A stretch of 64,000 nucleotides of DNA from IMG/VR virus record IMGVR_UViG_3300008114_000018; one strand, written 5' to 3'. Source of the DNA: an uncultured virus (IMG/VR IMGVR_UViG_3300008114_000018) (Duplodnaviria > Heunggongvirae > Uroviricota > Caudoviricetes). Every line of letters begins with the position of its first letter. Position 1 is the stretch's first letter. The translations under genes and the position numbers were made by a program. Below, piece after piece: positions 31,041 to 38,729 of the stretch. The notes under the pieces were generated by a model. That model ran no database searches and was not told the DNA's origin. It saw only the letters and a program-made list of their open reading frames with translations.

Positions 31041-31280
31041 TTAGCCATTCTTCCTTTTTATTATCATTGCTACATATGTTCCTGTAAATGCACCTAATAA
31101 TGCAGGTATCAACATCAAATTATCGTTAACAAAGCTTATTAGAGCTATACTATATATTAACATAACGATTGATGCAAGTGTACTGGCAACCAAAGGCTTA
31201 TCTTCGGCAATAGCTTTTATATAATAGGTATTCACTATATCGGTAAAAAATACAGCAAAAAATGTGATGATATATGACAT
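31041..31280 (-). CDS. Small membrane protein
   Basis: Three hydrophobic segments; LGAFTGTY. Confidence 0.65.
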   Translation of the reverse strand: MSYIITFFAVFFTDIVNTYYIKAIAEDKPLVASTLASIVMLIYSIALISFVNDNLMLIPALLGAFTGTYVAMIIKRKNG

Positions 31281-31356
31281 TGGGTTAGTCCTGCAGGAAT
31301 CGAACCTGCATCATTGCAATCGGAATGCAGTATCTTATCCATTAGACGAAGGACTA
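31281..31356 (-). tRNA. tRNA-Arg(CCG), slightly atypical 3' end
   Basis: TAGTCCT/AGGACTA acceptor followed by ACCCA; TTCGATT T-loop. Confidence 0.8.
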
Positions 31357-31360
31357 AAAT

Positions 31361-31434
31361 TGGAGCGGGTAGCGAGAATCGAACTCGCAAATAATCCTTG
31401 GCAAGGATTCAGGTTACCTTTACATCATACCCGC
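31361..31434 (-). tRNA. tRNA-Gly(GCC)
   Basis: Cloverleaf with CCA. Confidence 0.92.
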
Positions 31435-31442
31435 TTGAAACC

Positions 31443-33353
31443 TTAATTAGTTTCTTTTACTTCTGCGTCTACTACATTAGGATCACCTTCTGCTTTTTGT
31501 GCGTTTGGATCACCTTCTGGCATTTCTTTATTGCGCTTTTCTGCTTCATATGTAATAGTTTTGCGATATAGTTCACCGAGTTCTTCAGTGGCTTTGTCCA
31601 TATCTTCTTTACTATCACCTTTAGCAACTTCTTTGTATTTACTAATACTATCAAGCATTGAAGTTTTTTCTTCTTCAGGAATATAGCCTTCAAGATTTTC
31701 AATTTGCTTTTCAAGCATACCAATTTGATTATCCAAACTGTTACGTGCTTGTACAAGTTCTACAACCTTTTTATCTTCCTCAGCATTTAACTCAGCGTCT
31801 TTGACCATTTGTTCAATTTCTTGTTCAGATAATCCAGAACTTGCTTTGATAGTAATTTGCTTTTCTTTGTTAGTTTTCTTGTCAAGAGCCTTAACTGATA
31901 GTATACCATTTGCGTCAATGTCAAATGTTACTTCAATCTGTGGCATGCCTCTTGGTGCAGGATCAATGCCCTCTAGTGTAAACTCACCTAGTCCTTTGTT
32001 ACCTACAACAATTTCACGTTCACCTTGGAAAACTTTAATTGTAACAGCAGGCTGATTATCGTCTGCTGTACTAAAAGTTTGGCTTGCCTTTGTAGGAATC
32101 GTTGTATTCTTTTTGATAAGTTTAGTCATAACACCACCTAGTGTTTCAATACCTAAACTTAAAGGTGTAACATCCAACAACAGAACATCAGTGCGATCAC
32201 CACCTAAGACTTGACCTTGAAGTGCAGCACCAACTGCAACTGCTTCATCAGGGTTTACATCTTTACGAGGTGCCTTACCAAAAAACTTTTCTACTGCTTC
32301 TTGTACTCTTGGCATGCGAGTCATACCACCAACAAGAATCACTTCATCAATATCACTGATACTTACACCAGCGTCTTTGATTGCAACTTCACAAGGCTTA
32401 ATGCTACGTTGAATTAACTCTTCAACCAAACCTTCTAATTTAGCACGTGTGATTTTAACGTTAAGATGCTTTGGTCCTGTTGCATCAGCAGTGATATAAG
32501 GTAAGCTTACATCAGTCTGTGTTGAACTTGATAGTTCAATCTTAGCACGTTCTGCTGCATCTTTAAGTCTTTGTAATGCTAATACATCTTTAGTTAAATC
32601 TACACCACTTTCTTTTTTGAACTCATCAACTAGATGATCCATAATTCTTTGGTCAAAATCTTCACCACCTAAAAATGTATCACCGTTAGTTGATAATACT
32701 TCAAATTGTTTTTCACCTTCGACATTAGCAATATCAATAATACTAATGTCAAATGTTCCACCACCTAAGTCATAGACAGCAATTTTTCGGTCCTTCTTGT
32801 CCTGTTTGTCTACACCGTAAGCTAATGCTGCCGCTGTAGGTTCGTTAATAATACGCAATACTTCCAGACCCGCAATGCGTCCTGCGTCTTTAGTTGCTTG
32901 TCTTTGACTATCATTAAAATATGCTGGAACTGTAATAACAGCCTTTGTGACTTCTTCACCTAAGAAATCTTCTGCTGTCTTTTTCATTTTACGCAAAACT
33001 TCAGCACTGATTTGTGGAGGTGCTAGTTTCTTGTCATTCACTTCTACCCAAGCATCACCGTTATCTGCTTCTACAATCTTATATGGCATTAGATCGATAT
33101 CTTTTTGGACTGCTTGTTCTTTGAATTTGCGCCCAATCAATCTCTTTGATGCATACACCGTGTTCTTTGGATTAGTAACAGCTTGACGCTTAGCTGGCGC
33201 GCCAACAACGATTTCACCGTCCTGCATGTAGGCGATAATGCTTGGGGTAGTTCTTGCACCCTCGCTGTTCTCTAATACTTTTGGATTTTTGCCATCTATG
33301 ATAGCAACGCATGAATTGGTAGTACCTAGGTCAATACCTATAATCTTTGACAT
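31443..33353 (-). CDS. dnaK: Hsp70 chaperone DnaK
   Basis: [32 protein letters not shown]; full length. Confidence 0.98.
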   Translation of the reverse strand: MSKIIGIDLGTTNSCVAIIDGKNPKVLENSEGARTTPSIIAYMQDGEIVVGAPAKRQAVTNPKNTVYASKRLIGRKFKEQAVQKDIDLMPYKIVEADNGDAWVEVNDKKLAPPQISAEVLRKMKKTAEDFLGEEVTKAVITVPAYFNDSQRQATKDAGRIAGLEVLRIINEPTAAALAYGVDKQDKKDRKIAVYDLGGGTFDISIIDIANVEGEKQFEVLSTNGDTFLGGEDFDQRIMDHLVDEFKKESGVDLTKDVLALQRLKDAAERAKIELSSSTQTDVSLPYITADATGPKHLNVKITRAKLEGLVEELIQRSIKPCEVAIKDAGVSISDIDEVILVGGMTRMPRVQEAVEKFFGKAPRKDVNPDEAVAVGAALQGQVLGGDRTDVLLLDVTPLSLGIETLGGVMTKLIKKNTTIPTKASQTFSTADDNQPAVTIKVFQGEREIVVGNKGLGEFTLEGIDPAPRGMPQIEVTFDIDANGILSVKALDKKTNKEKQITIKASSGLSEQEIEQMVKDAELNAEEDKKVVELVQARNSLDNQIGMLEKQIENLEGYIPEEEKTSMLDSISKYKEVAKGDSKEDMDKATEELGELYRKTITYEAEKRNKEMPEGDPNAQKAEGDPNVVDAEVKETN

Positions 33354-33408
33354 GTTATTTCTCCTTTAATAAGCAAGATTACTTCAGTGCCCGATAGGCG
33401 CAACTGAG
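33354..33408 (-). promoter_or_regulatory. ROSE-like RNA thermometer in the dnaK leader
   Basis: UCUUGCUU pairs with AAGGAGA (the SD) around a bulged G; upstream hairpin CAGTTGC...GCACTG. Confidence 0.6.
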
Positions 33409-33451
33409 ATATGTATTTATACATTATTTTTACTAAAAATACAAATATATT

Positions 33452-33526
33452 TGGTAGCAGGAGAGGGATTCGAACCCCCGATAGCTTCCGTATGAAGGAA
33501 GTGCATTACCTCTTTGCTATCCTGCC
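33452..33526 (-). tRNA. tRNA-Met(CAT), elongator-like
   Basis: Cloverleaf; TTCATAC anticodon loop. Confidence 0.88.
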
Positions 33527-33774
33527 ATATACTTTCGTACATTTATTTGTTACAAGTAACAAATATATAACTTTATATGGAAATAGAATTTATTTCATTA
33601 TACAAACTCGGAGTAGGATGCATCCTAGTGAGGTATGAAGATATTATAACAATGGAGTACACTCCACTAGGATATACTCGTATTGAATTTGGGTACGGCG
33701 AACATCTTATTGTTGAAGAAGATATAATTTGTATAATGAAAAAAATTCAAGCAGCTAAAACGCTAAGTGAATAA

Positions 33775-33850
33775 TGGTGCCGCCTGTTGGTTACGCTCCA
33801 ACCTATCCGGCTCTTCAAACCGGCGCTTTCACTAGATTAGCTTAAGCGGC
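33775..33850 (-). tRNA. tRNA-Phe(GAA)
   Basis: All stems form; atypical T-loop AGCGTAA and D-loop. Confidence 0.8.
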
Positions 33851-33852
33851 AT

Positions 33853-33929
33853 TGGGGTGAAGGACGGGACTCGAACCCGCAACCACTGGATCCACAATCC
33901 AGGGCTCTACCAATTGAGCTACCAACACC
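33853..33929 (-). tRNA. tRNA-His(GTG)
   Basis: G-1 with C73; two U.U pairs in the acceptor stem. Confidence 0.9.
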
Positions 33930-34136
33930 ATTGATTATGTTGCACGCCATTCTACACGACCATACTGGTCTATATGTGCAATACTTTGCATACGTTTGAC
34001 TTCAACATATTCACGTTTCTCAGTAATAATTTCACCACCACGTTGTACTAATTCATTTACTTTAATCTTTGCTACAGAATTAATAGGTTCAAATTTTTTA
34101 AACTTGATCTCCATTTTACACCTCCGATTTATAAAT

Positions 34137-34238
34137 ATGTAGTGTAGCGGTTAATCTAGCACACAAGGATGCCAACGTAAAGAGTTTTCTAGATTTCCTC
34201 TATACCTAGTCGAAGGCCAAATTGTCGCTACACTACAT
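34137..34238 (-). ncRNA. ~100-nt element closed by a 13-bp terminal stem
   Basis: ATGTAGTGTAGCG/CGCTACACTACAT perfect inverted repeat; internal AATCTAG/CTAGATT helix. Confidence 0.55.
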
Positions 34239-34811
34239 CACAGGTCCATTACCATTTTTAAAACCAACAGTACCGCCTTCTTCTACAATACGTTTGATAA
34301 CTTCTTCAAACAATATAGGGCGATAATCTGTTTGTTCTACACAAACACAATGATATCTTGGGTCGATTTTATATTCACCGAAAATTTCTGCTTTAACTCT
34401 CTGATAATGCAGATGTCCATGAATATTAGTACCGAACCTTGCGAGACTATCTGTATGAATAGGAATATGACTTAATATCATTCCATTCATTACATGATAG
34501 CCACGAATATCTCTAAAGTATTCAGTGTATTCTTCTAATCTAAAAATGTCGTGGTTACCCTTAATAAGAACCTTATCTCCATTAAGCCTTGCTAGAGTTT
34601 TAAGTGCTTTACGATTAATCACAACATCACCGAGATGGTAAACTTTATCGTTTGGACGAACGGTTTCGTTCCAACGTTTTACCATTTCTTCATCCATCTC
34701 ATCTGGGTCATCCCAGGGTCTGAGTTTAGTTCCATCATCACGAAGGAACTTACAAACGCCAGCATGACCAAAATGCGTATCAGAAACCAAAAAGTTTGCT
34801 GGCATAGTCAC
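34233..34811 (-). CDS. Calcineurin-like metallophosphoesterase
   Basis: SDTH, GDVV, GNHD, SHIP, HGHLH motifs. Confidence 0.92.
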   Translation of the reverse strand: MTMPANFLVSDTHFGHAGVCKFLRDDGTKLRPWDDPDEMDEEMVKRWNETVRPNDKVYHLGDVVINRKALKTLARLNGDKVLIKGNHDIFRLEEYTEYFRDIRGYHVMNGMILSHIPIHTDSLARFGTNIHGHLHYQRVKAEIFGEYKIDPRYHCVCVEQTDYRPILFEEVIKRIVEEGGTVGFKNGNGPVM

Positions 34812-34856
34812 TCCTTAAATAAAAAAATTATAACACAAAAACAATTTACTGTCAAT

Positions 34857-34933
34857 TGGCACCCCAGGAAGGATTCGAACCTCCGACTCCTGCGTTCGTA
34901 GCACAGTACTCTAGTCCACTGAGTTACTGGGGC
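34857..34933 (-). tRNA. tRNA-Arg(ACG)
   Basis: Cloverleaf with CCA. Confidence 0.92.
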
Positions 34934-34942
34934 ATATATTGA

Positions 34943-35018
34943 TGGTGGGGGCTATGGGAATCGAACCCATTTAATCTACTATGTCATAGTAGCGACTAGC
35001 CATTCATACCTAGCCCCT
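34943..35018 (-). tRNA. Atypical tRNA-like RNA with GAC (Val) at the anticodon position
   Basis: Good T-arm and ACCA end, but A1.C72 mismatch, no proper D-stem and an anticodon arm able to pair down to a 3-nt loop. Confidence 0.6.
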
Positions 35019-35092
35019 CGCCGACCCGGGGTTTCCCTCCTTGCAGTCGGTGAAGTATTTATTGCCCAACACCATTAAAAATAAATACAAAA

Positions 35093-35794
35093 ATGCATAT
35101 ACATATATTTGGTCACAGCATTTGTGCCAGAGCAGGTTGGAAACATGACAAACCCGAACCTGATCTATTTGTTGATAGATTAATTAAAAAATATAATATA
35201 CCTAAATCAAACTATCACGCTGTTAATCAAGGCAGTGAAGAAAGAATATTATATTTTTTAAAAAAAGTTAAAAAGATTGACTTGGCGATAATCTTCCATG
35301 GCACTCCGCAACATTTCTTTTGTCCTGCGTGGTCTAGTGATTTTCATTTAGTAGACCAAGACAAATATTGGGAAAATGATTACCCCAGAGATTTGTATTA
35401 CATGCCTGAAATACTAAAAGATAAACCAAAAGAACCTAATCCTGATATAATATTAGATAAGAAAAATTATCAAAAATCATATGAAAATTTTGTAAAACAC
35501 TTTTATACACCTGAATTAAATCGCAATAGACACTATGGCGCATTAATTCAAATTGATCAATATTTAAATCACAAAAAAATACATGCAATTCATTGTGTAC
35601 TAAAAAACACATTACCAACTTGGTTCGAGTTTAGTAATGGTATAGTAGACAATGAACTTGCAGAGTTGCAAAAACAAAACAGTAAGTTCTATACCGGACC
35701 TCAAAACAGCGGCAATTTAATCAGTGAAGAAGGTAATATCTACATTGCTAACAAACTTACTGATTACATAGAACAATTAACTGGCTGGGGATGA
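35093..35794 (+). CDS. SGNH-like hypothetical protein inserted antisense in the tRNA array
   Basis: IHIFGHS N-terminus and C-terminal EEGN..IA; ATAAATA just upstream. Confidence 0.6.
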   Translation: MHIHIFGHSICARAGWKHDKPEPDLFVDRLIKKYNIPKSNYHAVNQGSEERILYFLKKVKKIDLAIIFHGTPQHFFCPAWSSDFHLVDQDKYWENDYPRDLYYMPEILKDKPKEPNPDIILDKKNYQKSYENFVKHFYTPELNRNRHYGALIQIDQYLNHKKIHAIHCVLKNTLPTWFEFSNGIVDNELAELQKQNSKFYTGPQNSGNLISEEGNIYIANKLTDYIEQLTGWG

Positions 35795-35857
35795 TGGACT
35801 CGAACCACCGAATGTCGGAATCAAAATCCGATGCCTTACCAACTTGGCGAATCCCCA
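35782..35857 (-). tRNA. tRNA-Gln(TTG)
   Basis: Cloverleaf with CCA. Confidence 0.93.
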
Positions 35858-36078
35858 ATTAACTTGGTATTACTTTTGGTATATACGGTACATTTCTAGG
35901 ACCATGTCTTTGCTCAAATAACATACGTGCTTCCTGTAAATCTTTAGCATAGACACGATCTTTAATATCACCTTGCGGTGTTCTTACTGTAGTTTCATAC
36001 ATTGGCATAACAAACTCCTTAGAGGTAAGAAAAGGTAGCTAAGCTACCCTTTTCATTATGTTGATTGAAAATCACTGA

Positions 36079-36150
36079 TTAGCGATTTGCAATGTACATA
36101 GTGATTTCAAAACCAAAACGCATATCAGTTGCACTAGGTGTTGTCCACAT
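36079..36150 (-). CDS. pqqA: PQQ precursor peptide (absent from the track)
   Basis: MWTTPSATDMRFGFEITMYIANR with ExxxY core; GGAG SD upstream; terminator-like hairpin at ~36030-36054. Confidence 0.92.
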   Translation of the reverse strand: MWTTPSATDMRFGFEITMYIANR

Positions 36151-36358
36151 GTTACTCTCCTTTGAATTTAAAATACATGTACTGCACATGTATTTAAGAG
36201 ATTGTACAACACAAAAATGGTACTGTCTATACGCATAGTATTGAACGATAGCTAGTGAAAATCATTAAACTTACCATATAGAAACACATTCCTGGATTGT
36301 CGTAAAACCCTCCATAGCCCCGAGCGCCATTATTTTTATATTCGAATGTGTTTTTATA

Positions 36359-36434
36359 TGGTAGGGGCACAGAGATTCGAACTCTGGACACACGGATTAA
36401 AAGTCCGCTGCTCTACCTACTGAGCTATACCCCC
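36359..36434 (-). tRNA. tRNA-Lys(TTT)
   Basis: Cloverleaf with CCA. Confidence 0.93.
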
Positions 36435-36729
36435 ATCATCTTTCGAGGTTTGTCGCTTTCCTTATTCATCTTTATCACCTTTATTTCTCATGCTTCTTGT
36501 TTTAGCACTTCTTTCTGAGGATTTGACTGCCTCACGAATGAAATGTCTTTCACGTTCCTTATTAAAACTAAGGATCGCAATAGCCTTTTCTGCTTTCTTT
36601 ATTTTTACTGCCTTTGGATCGTAACCCATATTAATCTCCTATTTAAAATTTCTATCAATTAATGCTAACAACCAAATAACTCCGATAATAACTGCCATTG
36701 CCCCATTGTAGTTCTCCTTATAGTTATAT

Positions 36730-36813
36730 TGGTGGGGTGTACTGGGATCGAACCAGTCATGTCAAAGACGGCGGATTTACAGTCCACTGCATCACCATTG
36801 ATGCTTCCACCCC
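36730..36813 (-). tRNA. tRNA-Tyr(GTA)
   Basis: Long variable arm, CCA. Confidence 0.92.
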
Positions 36814-36819
36814 ATTTAA

Positions 36820-37021
36820 TGCTCTGACAGACCTCGGAGGTAATTATACCGCATCAAGCACCGAGTAGTCTCAGTACCATCACACACGGCCTCCACCCTC
36901 TCCACGACAGGTCCCGTTCTCGCATTGCCAGCGCACTTTCGGTTTAAAGTGTACCACCCGTAGTTGTCATACTACTTCTCATCGTGCGGGTCACACTATC
37001 TGCTGACTAAGCAGAACGTTC
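36820..37021 (-). ncRNA. Structured ~200-nt ncRNA candidate between tRNA-Asp and tRNA-Tyr
   Basis: GC-rich, no plausible ORF, several hairpins. Confidence 0.6.
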
Positions 37022-37098
37022 TGGCGACACCAAGGGGGTTCGAACCCCTGACCTCCGCCGTGACAGGGCGGCATTCTAACCAGCTGAACTATGGTGCC
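37022..37098 (-). tRNA. tRNA-Asp(GTC)
   Basis: Cloverleaf with CCA. Confidence 0.95.
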
Positions 37099-37249
37099 AT
37101 TGTTCTACACTCTGCTACTAACTTACTTTTTACAATTGTTAATCTTTTATTCCAAACATACTCTGCATCTCTACATTCTTTTTCTGTGGCATACTTTGAG
37201 TATTGGGTATAGTTGTCAGGAAACTGTAACCAAAATACTAAAATCCAAG

Positions 37250-37714
37250 TCATCTCACACCCAAATAATGTTTGTTTACATAGCTTTGTATTGCTTGATG
37301 ACTTACATTACTGATATGCACGCCTGGAGCAACATTACGCCTACCTGAACTATCAAAGTAATTTCTTGTTTCTATACCATAGACACCATAGTTAACCTGT
37401 GCTGTATGATATGCACCAATTGTAACAATAGAGTAGGGCTTATGTTTTACGTTTTTTAAAACATGTTTAATGCTTTCTGCACCCTTACTATACCCATATA
37501 ACTGATACTGTTTATTATTTCTATTAATAAACTTTACTGCTAAATGTGCTTGATTCCAACTATATGTCATTGCACATGCATTCTGCTTTTTTGCATATTG
37601 ATTAAAGGCACGACTATCAAATAAATCATTGATACCTTTGAAACCAATAACGAACTTGTCACAGGCAAAACTGTTCTGTGTTACAAGTAATAAAATAAAA
37701 AATAATGTTCTCAT
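37250..37714 (-). CDS. Secreted alpha/beta-hydrolase-like protein
   Basis: Signal peptide; LYGYSKGA (GxSxG) nucleophile elbow. Confidence 0.6.
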   Translation of the reverse strand: MRTLFFILLLVTQNSFACDKFVIGFKGINDLFDSRAFNQYAKKQNACAMTYSWNQAHLAVKFINRNNKQYQLYGYSKGAESIKHVLKNVKHKPYSIVTIGAYHTAQVNYGVYGIETRNYFDSSGRRNVAPGVHISNVSHQAIQSYVNKHYLGVR

Positions 37715-37833
37715 ATTAGTTTTGTAGCCTATACTATATGCCTAACTCAACAGCTTTACACGTGTTTACTGTTTATTGTTTCGGTTACATAACGCCTGCG
37801 CCAGCCTCTGTGCTTACAGGCTACAAAATTAAT

Positions 37834-38053
37834 ATGCTTAGGCCACGCTTTTCCACGGTCGCCCCCAAGCTGGAGTTGTTGCCCTGTCCGAACACTAAAG
37901 GACCTTTGCCGCGTAGTGTCCACGCTGCTATGTTGTCTGAAACACCGGAGACACCACATCGAAATGCAGAGTCTATGTTTCGCTAAAGGTGCCATAGCCA
38001 CCTGGACTTTATCGTATTACCAAACGCTACTTTCAGGAAAGTAGTAACCGGAA
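37834..38053 (-). ncRNA. Structured ~220-nt ncRNA candidate, copy 2
   Basis: Shares a 17-mer and stem order with 27585-27780. Confidence 0.7.
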
Positions 38054-38303
38054 TCTTGCTTCTTTGATTCGGCGAGCTGTCCTACTTCAAGCAGGCTCAC
38101 ACTGGTCGCCCTGAGGTGAAGCACCTCAGTTACTCTAGATTAATATTAATGCTAACAAGGACAGGCCTATTACATGATACCGAAGGCATTACTGTATCAA
38201 ACCCTTGCTAAACTCTTTTCAGAGACAGAACGCACATTTTCTGTTTTGTTTTTAATCTTCATTTGCCGCTAGTATAACAGCAAATCGATTTATTGTCAAA
38301 CTT

Positions 38304-38380
38304 TGGTGCCTGCTCTTGGAATCGAACCAAGCACCCCCGCGTTATCAACACGGTGCTCTAACCGAATGAGCTAAGCAGGC
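38304..38380 (-). tRNA. tRNA-Ile(GAT)
   Basis: Cloverleaf with CCA. Confidence 0.93.
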
Positions 38381-38384
38381 AAAC

Positions 38385-38460
38385 TGGCACACCCAACCGG
38401 ATTCGAACCGGTGTATTCACCGTGAAAGGGTGATGTCCTAGGCCTCTAGACGATGGGTGC
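38385..38460 (-). tRNA. tRNA-Glu(TTC)
   Basis: Cloverleaf with CCA. Confidence 0.93.
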
Positions 38461-38532
38461 GTAAAACTGTTAAAGAACTAAAAATAATTCAGACATTTTA
38501 TCTCGTTTTGGATTTAATGTCAAGTTGTTGTT

Positions 38533-38608
38533 TGGTGGAGGTGACAGGGATCGAACCTGCGACCTACGGCTTGCAAAGCCGCCGCTCTCCCAACTGAGCT
38601 ACACCCCC
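38533..38608 (-). tRNA. tRNA-Ala(TGC)
   Basis: Cloverleaf, G3.U70, CCA. Confidence 0.95.
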
Positions 38609-38618
38609 AAATTAAATC

Positions 38619-38695
38619 TGGCCTGACCAGAGGGATTCGAACCCCCGACTTACTGCTTAGAAGGCAGTTACTCTATCCAACTGAGTTATGGTCAG
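38619..38695 (-). tRNA. tRNA-Arg(TCT)
   Basis: Cloverleaf with CCA. Confidence 0.93.
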
Positions 38696-38729
38696 AAAGT
38701 AATGATTGTACTATAACTGCGATTATTTG

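Noticed and set aside
27115..38001. Track ORFs overlapping tRNAs or ncRNAs (e.g. 27130-27312, 28076-28387, 28716-28976, 36964-37212, 37738-37986, 37756-38001)
   Set aside because: Shadow translations of RNA genes with no SD or protein motifs
27131..38695. tmRNA, RNase P RNA or theta (HDV-like) ribozymes in the tRNA array
   Set aside because: No tmRNA ends with tag ORF, no RNase P P4 signature and no HDV-like fold seen at tRNA 3' trailers by eye; a covariance search is still advisable
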